From: Asterionella formosa
Lineage: Eukaryota
Direction: 5' to 3'
Assembly (NCBI GenBank): GCA_002256025.1
Contig: NKIB01006909.1
Span: 1 to 64,000, forward strand
DNA length: 64,000 bases
A program made the position numbers and the translations under genes. The notes under the pieces were generated by a model. That model searched no databases. It was not told where the DNA came from and was given only the letters and a program-made list of their open reading frames with translations. Positions 24,625 through 36,185 of the stretch are shown here, piece by piece (position 1 is the first letter of the stretch; each line of letters begins with the position of its first letter).

Positions 24625-25127
24625 ATTTTATCATGTGCCTGTACATACCGGTACCAGGTACCGGTAGTGTAGCACGCCACATCTCACCGGTCATGATCAT
24701 AGCAGAATTTACTATCGGTATGCATACCGGTATATTGTTTAGCTACACATGCAGCTTCTCTGCACTTCGTCCCTCCGGTATCCATTCTCAGGAACAAATG
24801 CATTTAGCCGTACGACGTACGGAGCGATGCTCCATCCATCGCCATGCAACAAGGTCGATGACATCAGTGGGACATCAGCCAGTGCATTTGTTTGTGGTGT
24901 CACCTTCAAATATATTGCCGCCGCACTGGCTAAAGTCTACTACTACTACTACATGGAATACGAATAATGATACGGCCTTATGGTTCGATCATTAGCCAGG
25001 GCAAGAAACGACAATACGAACGTTGCCTTGAAGCTGTCGAAAAATCTTTGAAACAGTACAGGTAATACCGTAGTGGTTGTTGTTGTATCGTAACGTGTCT
25101 TGACCCCCAATATCATCTTCGACAATC

Positions 25128-26306
25128 ATGAAGTTCGCCAAGCCCATTGCCTTCTTGCTTCTTTGCAACGGTATCGCTGCTTTCGTCCCGCGCCATCAGC
25201 GCCGACAGCTCGCCCCAGCTCTGGCAGCGCGAGGTAAATCCAAGGCGAAGAAGGCGGCTGCGGCCGCCAGGACTCTCGAGTCGCCACCAGTTGCAGAAGT
25301 TGCCACCGAGACAAATGTATTGCCTCTGGTAGCAGATGTTGTGCTTGAGATTGCTCAGTCTCCACTAGAAACAGGTGAGTCGCATCGTTTGTCCCACACG
25401 TGTTGCGAAGGCACGGATGATTCTCATATGGTGGCATGATTCATAATCGGCGACTGCCGAAAGGGTGAAGCAACTCCTTGAATGGCAAGGGGAGCTAGTC
25501 GGGTCGCCAAAAGGCCTGCACTATTTCATGTTAAAGCTGACAACCTTACTCTTTCCCATGCAGAAGTTTCAAAACATTCCGGCAACAATCAAGAATTAGC
25601 CCGACGAGGCCTGATGCAGGCACGCTTAGCAATGGAAGCAAAGGCGCGCGCAGCTGTTTCACAAGTGGCTTCTGAACTTGCAACCGAAGGTGTTCCTGAA
25701 ACAGAAGTAGTCTCAGTAGCGGAAGAAACGACTTCACCGGGCCTAGTGGAGAGTCAACTTGCCATGGAGGCTAAAGAACTCAAGGAAGCAGCCGCTCGCG
25801 CATCAAAAGTACGACAAGACGCAATTTCTAGGGCACTTTTGGGAGCCCAGTTGGAGTACACCGCCAAGGCTCGCCTCGCAGATGCCAAGAGGAAGAGTCA
25901 ACTTGCCATGGAGGCTTAAGCACTCAAGGAAGCCGCCGCTCGCGCATCAAAAGTACGACAAGATGCAATTTCTAGGGCACTTTTGGGAGCCCAGTTGGAG
26001 TACACCGCCAAGGCTCGCCTCGCAGATGCCAAGAGGAAGAGTGACTTGCTCGCAGCTCAATTGGCGATGGAGGAGGAGGCTAGAATTCTTGAGAGTGAAC
26101 GTCTAGCAGCTATTGAAGCTAAGAAAGGAGATTTCGAAGCTATGCGTGTTCAACCCAAATCTCACGATGAGGAGGCAGCTCTTCAGGCCAAATATGGCGC
26201 AATGGAGGTCGGTGAGCGAGCTTTCAATATTTTGTTAGACCTCGGATATATCACACTTTCCCCTGAACCTGGCGACGCTGACTTTGACGGTGACGATTTC
26301 GTTTAA
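25128..26306 (+). CDS. Predicted plastid-targeted Ala/Glu-rich coiled-coil protein; exons 25128-25374 and 25564-26306; in-frame TAA at 25917-25919
   Basis: Signal peptide followed by IAA|FVP (ASAFAP-like); GT-AG intron 25375-25563 in frame; the frame resumes after the TAA and runs to 26306. Confidence 0.75.
25750..26042 (+). repeat. 144-bp (48-codon) near-perfect tandem duplication within the CDS
   Basis: Units start at 25750 and 25894 (AGAGTCAACTTGCCATGGAGGCT...); I count 4 substitutions. Confidence 0.95.
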
Positions 26307-26464
26307 TCATTTAAGTTTCAATCTCCCTTCTCAGGCTGGGGTTTAGTTTGTTGGCTCAAGTGCATGTTATCAATACTCCGTCACGTTTAATGCAAAAAAT
26401 GTACACTTCTAACTGTGTCCAGTGACAATGACTGTCACAAATCAAATTAATGAAATCAAATTTT

Positions 26465-27406
26465 CTATGCCTTAACAACAACTTCGTCCTTTATTCCTAC
26501 TAGGATATCAGCATCAACACCAATCTCTGCCATTGGTCCAAAGATAGAATTGAGGGTAACTTTTCGAGAACCCAACTCTGGGACTGTAGCATCGGCGCCT
26601 TCACCATAGAAGTCTTCTCCCCCAGTGCTTGAGGTGTAGGTAATCAAGCATTTCATGCCAGCGCCCTTGGCAGCACGAAGACCAACCATACTATCTTCGA
26701 TAACGACACACTTGGATGGGTCAATTCCGAGACGTTCTGCAGCAGTGGTGTAAATCATAGGGTCAGGCTTAAGCTTGGAAACGTCGTCGCCCAAGATGCA
26801 AACATTTAACTTTTCTCTGCGAAGTGCACCCAGTGTAACGTCCAATACCTTGGTAACGGCAGCCTTGGTGGAGGCCGAGCAAACTCCAACAGCTATCCTT
26901 GGGTCTGCAAGAGCCTCGTCCATGAGCTCAATAACACCCGGCCGGGATACAGCCTTTTCAGCGATCAGCTCCTTATAAAGCTCTGTTTTGTGGTCCTGAA
27001 GGGAGTCTATCAAAGCTTCTTCTGCTTCCTTTGTGTCGGGTGCAGCTTTCTCGCCTACCATTGGGAAAGCTCCAGTGTGGTTGCGGAAATAATATCTCAT
27101 TTTTCCTTTTCCTCCGCCAACTGTGTTTTGAAGAATATCGTAGTAAGGAACAGACCAAAAAACGGGCTCTCCATCTATGGTCAAACCAGCAGACTTAAAG
27201 GCAGCATTGTATGCAAGGCGGTGAAGCTCTTCGGTCTCAATGATAACTCCATCACAGTCAAAGAGTAGCGCAAAGTCAAAGGCGCAATGTTCGCCAGCCG
27301 ACGTTCGGGTCAAGAATGAAGGGCTGATGCTGCTACGGCCGAAGAAAGGAGTCGTAAAGGCATGGACCTGGAGGGCCAAAGCCGAGAACAATGCAATGAC
27401 TCTCAT
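26465..27406 (-). CDS. cbbY: Plastid-targeted CbbY-like HAD-superfamily sugar phosphatase
   Basis: LLFDCDGVIIETEELHRLAYNAAF, VGGGKGKMRYYF, KPDPMIY and CVVIEDSMVGLRAAKGAGM; signal peptide followed by VHA|FTT; first ATG at 27406. Confidence 0.85.
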   Translation of the reverse strand: MRVIALFSALALQVHAFTTPFFGRSSISPSFLTRTSAGEHCAFDFALLFDCDGVIIETEELHRLAYNAAFKSAGLTIDGEPVFWSVPYYDILQNTVGGGKGKMRYYFRNHTGAFPMVGEKAAPDTKEAEEALIDSLQDHKTELYKELIAEKAVSRPGVIELMDEALADPRIAVGVCSASTKAAVTKVLDVTLGALRREKLNVCILGDDVSKLKPDPMIYTTAAERLGIDPSKCVVIEDSMVGLRAAKGAGMKCLITYTSSTGGEDFYGEGADATVPELGSRKVTLNSIFGPMAEIGVDADILVGIKDEVVVKA

Positions 27407-28293
27407 CGTCAAAAAGTGCCTTCAAGGGAAACAGAAAACTGAGCAAAATTTATTCGCTATATTTATACGTATGCATAAAAATAATAATTCTTTATGAGCG
27501 TATGAGCGTATCATCCAGTAATTAGTTTGTATGATATCACTGAGAAACTATAGCTAAACGATGCCACCACGAGCGAATGAGCAAAATGTACCGGAATATG
27601 AAAATGTATACATAAACACATTATGTATATGGATACTGGGAAGGAGTGTACCGGTATATGGCTGCAATGATCTTCAGAACATATCTAATATAATAATAAT
27701 ATTATATGTTTGGATGCCCAATCGTAGGCCCGTGTTCTCGGGATTACCGTATTCTTCTTACATCCGTACTCCAGGTACCAGGGTGCTCCCCCCCGTTGGG
27801 AACTGTCACAATATGGTATCTGTTTACGTACAGTAATAAAAATCACAGAATAAACGTACGCATCCACATGCGTATTTCTTTTTTAATATGTATTGATGGA
27901 CGTCATCATCGAAGTGACGTTGTTGCTTGCTGCGATTCCAGCCAAAATCTATACCGGTAGTACCTGCATCAAGTTGCGATAATTGTGCTGAAACTAAAAC
28001 GTTAGCTATCTTTATCCCATATTAAATTGTTTATTTAAGGAAAATGACCGCAGCTTGCATGCGTGGTACAGTACAGTACCGGTACGGTTATGAGATATTT
28101 ACAAGCTGATTCTACAGACCACAAGCAATCTCCCAGCATCTGAAACATCCAAAACGACTGCTACGAGGTACCGGTTCCTACATACCGGTACCTGTATACA
28201 TCCAGATGATATTTCCAGATGGTATACAGTACTATGACACTGCTGCTATGTAGTAACTATGCTGTGTACAGTACTGGTAAGGATTCCTCGTAA

Positions 28294-29005
28294 GGTTCCT
28301 GCATTTGAACCCCTAGCTCGAGGTAGAGTTAAAAAATAATATTGAGTCAGACTATTCCAACACATACTTTTCACGAGTAAAAGGAAATGTATTACGCTCA
28401 ACGGAGCTTTCACCATTAGACACCCTTTCCATTTGCTTACATATATAGATATAGGTCTTCGGACAAAGTCCACTGTATATATCGTCAGGATACCGGTATT
28501 GGATCTGGCGAACTTCCGTTTTTTTACTATATATATGCTAAAAATACAAAGACTGGAAAATTCGGGGGAAATACCGGGTATTTTTATTTGGTATAGTAAA
28601 AATACAGAAGTTCCTTCCTGCACTTTCTTACCGGAAGAGATATACTGATCCTATTTGAAGGTTACATATGTATTGAAATCGCCTTCAGACCCAGCCGATG
28701 TTGAGCTATTGTCATCTGAAAATTCGACAAAATCGGCCTTTTTCTACTGTCTCCAAAATATCGGAAGCAGAATGACTATGACCCAAAACGTCATCGGAAT
28801 TTTAAATCCTAAAATCTTCTGTCCAATAAAATCCATTGAAAGTGCCTGCATCCAGTTGTATAATATGATTATAGGTCAACGAGAATTACTTACCTCCATT
28901 TAATTGGCCTGATCTGCATGGTGATGTTGCAAACATTCGAAGTTCCAGGTAATTTCGGGAACCCTAGGCATATTTAAACTTGGCCTAGGGGTTCAAATGC
29001 AGGAA
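28294..29005. mobile_element. 712-bp MITE-like non-autonomous relative of the 11158-15825 element
   Basis: Left TIR GGTTCCTGCATTTGAACCCCTAG (28294-28316) preceded by TAA; right TIR 28985-29005 lacks the last 2 nt; subterminal blocks such as AACGGAGCTTTCACCA and TTCCTTCCTGCACTTTCTTACCG are shared with the large element. Confidence 0.88.
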
Positions 29006-29669
29006 AAGGACCAGAGTAGCAATAATTTAGGTGACTGCAAGTAATGGGGACTTAATAATCAGTAATGCATACTAACTATAGGTCAGCATAGCCTTCCATG
29101 TAATAATAATTAAACGAAGATAGTGGTGGCAAACAATAAAAGCTGTGTCTCGTAGTACTTCTTGTCATGATTACAGACAACGCCTGTATAAGCTTGTTCG
29201 AGAAAGCCATGACTGTGGTGAACATCTGACAACGGGATGAGAAGAGATGATTCTATGAATCAAAGATTGTGAGCGAAGTTGTAGAAAGCAGACTTTTGTG
29301 TTAGCTAAACTAATTATAAGTGAATGCAAATGGCGACGGAAATGACAAATAATGCAAATGTCAAAATTGAAGACATGAATGGTTTAGGGAGAGTAATTAC
29401 TTTCGCCTCTGTTCAAGGGCGATACATATGTTCTGCTCTGAGCCTGACCTTCATGAATGAAATTGCAGGAATCCAGAAGTATCATTCCCTCACATTTAGA
29501 ATCCAGCCAGGAGTTCTGCCTGAGTCAACAGAGTGAAGGCTCCATCACGAAAAATCATCATCATAAAATGACCATTGTAATTTTTATGGCTCGTCACCTC
29601 CTCGCTGTGGTCGCAACAACACATCACCTTCTCATCAACTGTAAACTGTTTACAATAATAGATCAACGT

Positions 29670-30539
29670 TTAATCCGAAAATGTTGCTTTTTTCACAACT
29701 CGCTGCGATGATCTGACTGAGGCATTTGAATTCCGAAATGAATTCCGTTCCACGTATTGCGTAACCCTAGCTGCATCCTCGATGATGGGTTGCATCTCAG
29801 GGTCGTCTTTCGCTATCAATTCATTGAAATCAATGCCGAACTCATTATTGTCTGGTGAATGATAACGAGGACCGAATCTCAAAAGTACAAGTATGATAGC
29901 AATGGAAAACGAGGCCACAAAGTACATTTGTCCGCCACAAGCAATTCCCACTGCAGCAGACAACCATAGACTAGCTGCTGTAGTCAATCCACGGACAGTA
30001 TGCGTGTCATCGCCATTTTCGTCTTTCTTTTGTTCCTTAAAGATCAAACCAGCTCCAAGAAAGCCTACTCCTGATGGAATCGCTGCTGACACTCGCGAGG
30101 CGTCCCAGTTCATCGGTCCATCTATGAATGCAAAGGCGGAGGTTAGGGTGAAAAGGCACGAGCCTAGAGATACAAGAGCCATGGTCCTAATTCCGGCGGG
30201 ACGATCCGACTGTCGTCTCTCCCAACCGATAACACCACCTCCAATAACTGACCCTACGAGTCGGCGTCCAAAGTCACACTCTTCCAAAGTCAGAAAAAGG
30301 AGGCGCATGTACCGCATAGATCGGCAGGGGTTATTATCATAACCAGGATTTTCAAATTCCTTTTCTGATGGAGCTACATCGCAAGGAATCGTCATAAAGG
30401 GCTCAGCAACCACTACAAGGCATGTGCCGAGGACGTAACCACATGCCAGCAGATAGAATAATCCTTTGAAGAAAGTTAACTCAGTGAAATAGGAATGGCC
30501 CCGGTCTGAAAAGGTTGCGCTCATCTGCAATGACGCCAT
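29670..30539 (-). CDS. mgtC: MgtC/SapB-family membrane protein
   Basis: IGWERRQSDRPAGIRT, DASRVSAAIPSGVGFLGAG and VRGLTTAASLWLSAAVGIACG. Confidence 0.92.
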   Translation of the reverse strand: MASLQMSATFSDRGHSYFTELTFFKGLFYLLACGYVLGTCLVVVAEPFMTIPCDVAPSEKEFENPGYDNNPCRSMRYMRLLFLTLEECDFGRRLVGSVIGGGVIGWERRQSDRPAGIRTMALVSLGSCLFTLTSAFAFIDGPMNWDASRVSAAIPSGVGFLGAGLIFKEQKKDENGDDTHTVRGLTTAASLWLSAAVGIACGGQMYFVASFSIAIILVLLRFGPRYHSPDNNEFGIDFNELIAKDDPEMQPIIEDAARVTQYVERNSFRNSNASVRSSQRVVKKATFSD

Positions 30540-30940
30540 TCTGCAATGATCGCAATTACTCTACAGAACGGAACAAGCGTAGATCGAATCACGACGAAAC
30601 CATGTGCCGCCGGACCCAGAAAAGAAGACATGCCAACAATGGTTTTTACTGCATGCATGAAAAATGGCTGTATACCGGTACTAACTGGTAAGTACCTGGT
30701 ACCTTGTAAAGGTGCCAGGGTACCCAGTACCAGGTACCAGGTACCAAGTATCACAGGTATCGCTTTTCCTCTGTCCTGTTCTGTTCTAGTACCGGTAACT
30801 GCAACACCTTTAGGTTGTTTTACTCCCCTGTCCATTCTTCTCTAGGTGGCAACAAAGACACAATAATTATCTTGAAATAGACAAAGTAACATGTTATTGT
30901 TCTCTTTTTGGTGGGACCAGAAATACATATAGTATCTATC

Positions 30941-31396
30941 ATGTCAACAACAAGATCAACAACAATCAATGGTCACCATGATGGGGAGTTGCTTGGACTG
31001 AATGTTTCCAACAATGAGCACTCATGCAAGCAACATAAATGCTGTGGTGGGAAGGTGGTCAAGCCAGTTGATGTTAGCACATTCATACAGGCTGTTGTGA
31101 AAGATATTTTGGGCAAGTGGTTAGAGGCTAGTATCAAGGCTTTCACCATCAGCCAAGAAGGACAGCACAGAACTTTGCACTGCTGGATATCTGGAGAGGG
31201 AAGTTGCTGCATTGCCTTCACAAAGGAGCAAGTATATTGTTGTCTTGACAAAATTACACAGTTGCTAGAGCTGTATGATGATGAATATTCAATGATGAGA
31301 AAGAAGGCAGAGCAACCAAAATGCCAGAATGGCTTTATTGCATTTGATGAAGCATTTTCAAGGCCAGGAATAGTTTTATGTAGCAGTGCCCAATGA
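30941..31396 (+). pseudogene. Degraded small Cys/His-containing ORF, possibly HIRAN-like and transposon-associated
   Basis: ELLGL...HSCKQHKCCG...IKAF; a shifted frame reads CTAGYLER; resembles from memory a diatom repeat-borne GRSCxxHxxCG...CxVGFL protein. Confidence 0.35.
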
Positions 31397-32328
31397 AATT
31401 TTAGCAGTGCATTCAATAATATACGTTTTAACATTGTAGAACAGTAAATAGACTCTTAATTGAGTCCTTATTTGGCATAGATATTGATTCAGCATGTCAA
31501 TAAAATCTACTAGCTTTAAACAAGGAAAATCGAATTGAAAATCAATTTCAACTATTTTATATTGATTCTGTGGAATTAAAATTACAAATCAATAATCTAG
31601 AAATAGTTCATGCTTAAACAGACTATCTCTAGATGACAAAAATACGTAGTATATCAAATGAAGGCGTGTGGAATTTTGTGCAAATTGTAAGCATGGTTTG
31701 AGCATAATCTGTCTTTATACCAGGTTTATGATGTCATCACAGCACTCGCCAATATAATCCATTTATATGGTATCCTCATGTGAATTTTCGAGTTCTCAAA
31801 TGCATTTTCAGGTTATAATCATATTTTCAAAAAATTATAGTTCACAATTCTGCTTTATTCCATCTACACTAGAAATTTGCAATCCTTGTAGGCTTACTGC
31901 ACTCCAACAACTGGTACTAGCCTGCCTATCAGCAACTGGATAGTAGCTCACAAAATGTCATTTGGTTTGTGCTGATTTGGCTCTGTTCTCATGTTTGATT
32001 TCATGCACTGCATTAGCATCAAGAAAAAGGCATGCTACATCACACCACCAGTCATAGGAAAAGATGAGTCCCAAATGAATGTATTGAGTATTTGAGCACT
32101 GGAATGCATTCAGAAATGTTGATAATCTAGGAGCCTCTCGCTACTGTGAGCTTGTATACCGGTAGATACTTCTCCCAATATAGTAAGTAGTGGATGAGGC
32201 TAGTGATTATAAAATTTTCACCACTATAATTAGAATTGGTTCCTCCAAATTATTTTAGATGGCTTTCATCATGCTGCATGGCTTCCTTACCAGCCATTAT
32301 TGAGCATCGAGTACAAATATTAGCTGAA

Positions 32329-33507
32329 CTACGCTGGCCATTCTATATCAATCCAGCCATGATCAAAGCATTTTCCAATATCCACTCCTGCGGCTCCCCA
32401 CTTAACTTGCTTTACTAAGAGTTGCACTCCCTTTTCTTGCGAGTTCTTCAAGTATTTCGCAAATGACGGACACGCCTGGTGATTTGGTCGAAACCTTTGT
32501 GCATCCCCCCTATTAACAACAAAAAGAATAGTGGCATCATACTCACCAGTCTCAACGAGCTTTGTTATTTCCATCACATGTTTGATAGCACGAGCTGATA
32601 CTACTGTCTCACCATCAGGTCCGATTTGCTTGGAGTTGCCCCATGGAAACAAGGCAGTGCGCATGTATGTACTATCATCTGATGTATAGACACACTTGGT
32701 CCGGTCAGGAAGGGGCCAATGGACACTATAGTCTGTGTCAACCACTGTCTTGACTTCCACAATACGTTTGCGGCCATCGGTGTGCTCTACCACAAAATCA
32801 GGTCGCATGTTGCCATTTATGCTTCCAACTTGGGATTTAAACGATGCGATGGGCGGCAATTGATTGAACAGCAACTCATTTTGGTTGAGCAGTTCCTTTG
32901 CAATCGATTCTCCTAATATGGGGTGAGCCCCAACCCATGTGGGAATGTAATTGGCAGACAAGGCTGTTTCGTCGCAAAGTAACAATTGGCATGCGAATTC
33001 ACATTTTGGTGTGTTGTACTTTGGATTCATGGCATGGGGGCCCAACAAAACTCCATGCTTGTCTTTTTGTGGCTTGACAAGTAATTGCACGCCCGGAATG
33101 CACTTCCCGCCCATGTCCAGGTTGGGCACGTGACAAATTGCTTGTCGATTTAATGATGGGACAAAAATGTCCGCAACGTAGGGGGATTTATTGCGCTTGG
33201 ACGGTCGACATATCAGTTGTGCTGGGACGCAGTCTGGATCGAGGGTTAGAAGGAGTTTCGGTGGTGATGATATCTTGGGCCCCTCAGATTCTTCCTTCGT
33301 ATATATACGTAGTTTCTTGGGACAGGCGGGAGCTGATCTCTTTCGTTTATCAACAGTAGGTTTCGATCGTCCTGCATTGCTACATTCTAATGCAGCGATC
33401 CTTCTTGTTCCTGATCTCGTAGTGATTCCCATTTTTGCTGTGGCTGATGCGAAGGAGGCGAGATTGACTGGAAACAGTAGCAGCCACAATGCAATTGATG
33501 GTGTCAT
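32329..33507 (-). CDS. sfsA: SfsA-family protein (OB fold plus PD-(D/E)XK nuclease-like domain) with N-terminal signal peptide
   Basis: RPSKRNKSPYVAD, CHVPNL, RPDF...IVEVK, ALFP, SARAIKHVMEI, ILFVVNRGDA.RFRPN and PSFAKYL. Confidence 0.82.
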   Translation of the reverse strand: MTPSIALWLLLFPVNLASFASATAKMGITTRSGTRRIAALECSNAGRSKPTVDKRKRSAPACPKKLRIYTKEESEGPKISSPPKLLLTLDPDCVPAQLICRPSKRNKSPYVADIFVPSLNRQAICHVPNLDMGGKCIPGVQLLVKPQKDKHGVLLGPHAMNPKYNTPKCEFACQLLLCDETALSANYIPTWVGAHPILGESIAKELLNQNELLFNQLPPIASFKSQVGSINGNMRPDFVVEHTDGRKRIVEVKTVVDTDYSVHWPLPDRTKCVYTSDDSTYMRTALFPWGNSKQIGPDGETVVSARAIKHVMEITKLVETGEYDATILFVVNRGDAQRFRPNHQACPSFAKYLKNSQEKGVQLLVKQVKWGAAGVDIGKCFDHGWIDIEWPA

Positions 33508-34275
33508 GGAACAAGCATGTCCACTATTTCTCGCAGCTGAGATTGATGTCCTTCAACATCAGTAGTTTTGTCCTTCATATACAATTTTCCTTCCCACCCT
33601 TCTTTGAAGGATATTTACCGTTGTGTACATACGAATATCTTTTCAGATCATGACTCATCATTTTAGATTGTGATGCACACATAATACTTGTGCTGTTTAG
33701 GGTATCATATACCGCTAGTAAAGTTACTGACGTCTACATAAGTGCGTCGTTTCCATGCTTCTCTGGTATGACACCACTAAGTACCTGGTACTCCCTCTAT
33801 GCGAAAAAAAAATTGCATTTACGATTTCTTCGGTTCAATTGCCCTACCGGTAGGGTGCGCCATCCTAAAAGCTATAGATCTATGTATAATATACTGGTAA
33901 ATGGATTTAATTTTAAATTGGCAACTGCATTTCAAAAAATCTTTTTTGGCTTTGTCAATTTTCATTTTTGCCTATCTCGAGCAAAATGCAGATGCCTGAG
34001 CCTCATTTTTTTGCCACAACTCAATCTTAACAAGCATATGAGAAGGGATTTGACAGTAGACAAGCTTCAAATGATTCTCAATTTCTGTTTATGGAACCTC
34101 AAACAAGGACCTGATGGAAGAGACAAAATAGATGGTCAGCTTCTTTTGTTGTCTGGAACCCTTTTATTCTTATGGTGTAGTTTGATTTGAATAGGAGTAC
34201 TACTGTACAACGTATATGGAATCAAGTGTGCTCTGATTACTATTTAGGTGATGGTGAAAATTTTGCCTCACTTTC

Positions 34276-34414
34276 TGCGGCTCACAAAAAGACAGGTCCC
34301 ATTGTGCATACTGCACAGATGAATAAAACCGGTACTAATTGTGTCCATTTATTAGGCTGCCCCAGTGAGATTATTGGATAGCTTTAACATATGATAAAGT
34401 TTAATTGACTTTTT
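34276..34414 (+). mobile_element. 5'-truncated, diverged copy of the SINE-like element at 58305-58539
   Basis: Collinear blocks AAAAGACAGGT, AATAAAACC.GTACTA, CTAATTGTGTCCATTTATT, TTGGATAGCTTTAACATA and TTTAATTGAC. Confidence 0.85.
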
Positions 34415-35120
34415 CTAACAACACCATTTAAAAACAGCATCACACACATACCAGTAATCACATCATCACTTTTGTAAATCATAGCTGCCATCATTTCCTG
34501 CTGCATTCCTTGGGTTGGCCGAAAAAAACGCATGACGGAGTGAGAATAAGAATACTGCTTTGGTAGTAGTATCACTATTCTGGTATACTATCATTTCTAT
34601 ATCGAAATACTTCACTGTTCGCCAAAGTGAAAAAGTTATTGTCTTTCTCAAAATAAAATAAAGCCCGCAGTATTAACGATACCGGTGCCTGGTACCAGGT
34701 ATTGCATTATAACATCACCCATGATGACCTGTGACTCCTGAATGAGTGTGTGCAGTTGATCTTTTGACACCACCAAATTGAGACATATTTCTAGTAGGTC
34801 AAATATGTACGGATATCATTGTATATCATAACCTCAATATAAATGGACCAACATGACTGACTGCCTATCAGGTACTGGTACTACGGTAGTAACCCTTGCT
34901 ATTTATAAAGAAATTGTGATTGGATAATATATACGACACATCAAAAGAAGTGGATGAGAAACATGAAAAAATGGAAAGCAAGTACATAATAAATATCATC
35001 ATGATGCTGGTCCCTGACAATCATCAGGCAGTGTGTTGCACTCATTGACTTAAAAGTAACTTTTTGGAATTACTACTTGAATACGGTAGTGATAGAAGTA
35101 GAATCAAGGAAACACGCCCC

Positions 35121-36185
35121 ATGACAACAAGCGAAAAAGAAGGAGGGCACTCTGCCTTCAAGCGAACACAGCTTCGACACAAGCGTCAACGCGCAGCTCC
35201 TAATCGAATGGACGATCTAAATGAGTTTTGTGACTTTTGTAATCCTGACCAAAATACTCGGATTCATAGAATCAACATGATAGAAGATAACTCCTTGTCC
35301 GAAGACCTCTACCAGGGACCAGTGTTTGGAATTCAAGGCTTTTCTGGATTTTTGTATGCACCGCAAGCGCTATCTCCATCGTTGCAACAGAAGCTGTCCT
35401 ACCTAGCCGTGTCGGAATTTTGTCAGAGTCCCCATGCTACCAATATTGACCTTGTACCACCAAAATTATCAGAACAAATGAATGAGGAAGAATCCATGTG
35501 GAACCTTTGGAAACGTGAGAATAGTTGTGACATTACAAACAAATCGAACAACAAGTGCACGAAGGTGTATCGATCTTTCAAGAAATTATCGTGGGCAACG
35601 ATGGGGTACCAATACGATTGGACCCGAAGGGCCTACCATGAAGGCTCGAAATCAGTTATGCCAGAATGCCTTGTTAAATTGTCCATTTGTTTTGCCAAGA
35701 CGTCGCTGCATATTGCGAAAGCGCAATCGACCAGCTTCACGGCCAGTGCTGCCATTGTCAACTACTACAACGAAAAGTCCATAATGGGAGGTCATCGAGA
35801 TGACCTTGAGCTCGCATTGGACAAGCCAGTTATTTCGTTCAGTATGGGTATGCCCGCAATCTTTCTTTTGGGTGGAAAAACAAAGGATCAGACTCCCATC
35901 GTCCCCATATTAGTACGACCTGGTGATGTAATGATACTGGGAGGCGATAGTCGGTTGAACTATCATGGCATGGCCCGAACAATACCACCTTCAGCTATGC
36001 TTCCTAGTATTGAATCAACTCTTTCGAAGTCATTGCCGTCTGTTCAGTTCACCTTGAAAGGCAAAGATATCTTGATTCCCCAAAGTGATCTTGAACCATT
36101 AGGTAACTTCCTTCAAACCCATCGAATCAATATCAATGTTCGCCAGGTTCTTCCAGATGATGTGAGCTCCATGTCGAAGTCATGA
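35121..36185 (+). CDS. ALKBH1: AlkB-family 2OG-Fe(II) dioxygenase, ALKBH1-like
   Basis: KLSWATMGYQYDW, AAIVNYY, HRD, GDVMILGGDSRLNYHG and RININVRQV; first ATG at 35121. Confidence 0.9.
   Translation: MTTSEKEGGHSAFKRTQLRHKRQRAAPNRMDDLNEFCDFCNPDQNTRIHRINMIEDNSLSEDLYQGPVFGIQGFSGFLYAPQALSPSLQQKLSYLAVSEFCQSPHATNIDLVPPKLSEQMNEEESMWNLWKRENSCDITNKSNNKCTKVYRSFKKLSWATMGYQYDWTRRAYHEGSKSVMPECLVKLSICFAKTSLHIAKAQSTSFTASAAIVNYYNEKSIMGGHRDDLELALDKPVISFSMGMPAIFLLGGKTKDQTPIVPILVRPGDVMILGGDSRLNYHGMARTIPPSAMLPSIESTLSKSLPSVQFTLKGKDILIPQSDLEPLGNFLQTHRININVRQVLPDDVSSMSKS

Noticed and set aside
29670..36185. mgtC-sfsA-alkB as a transferred bacterial operon or contaminant
   Set aside because: The genes are 1.6-1.8 kb apart with host-type repeats between them, AlkB is the eukaryotic ALKBH1 type on the opposite strand, and SfsA has a eukaryotic-type leader
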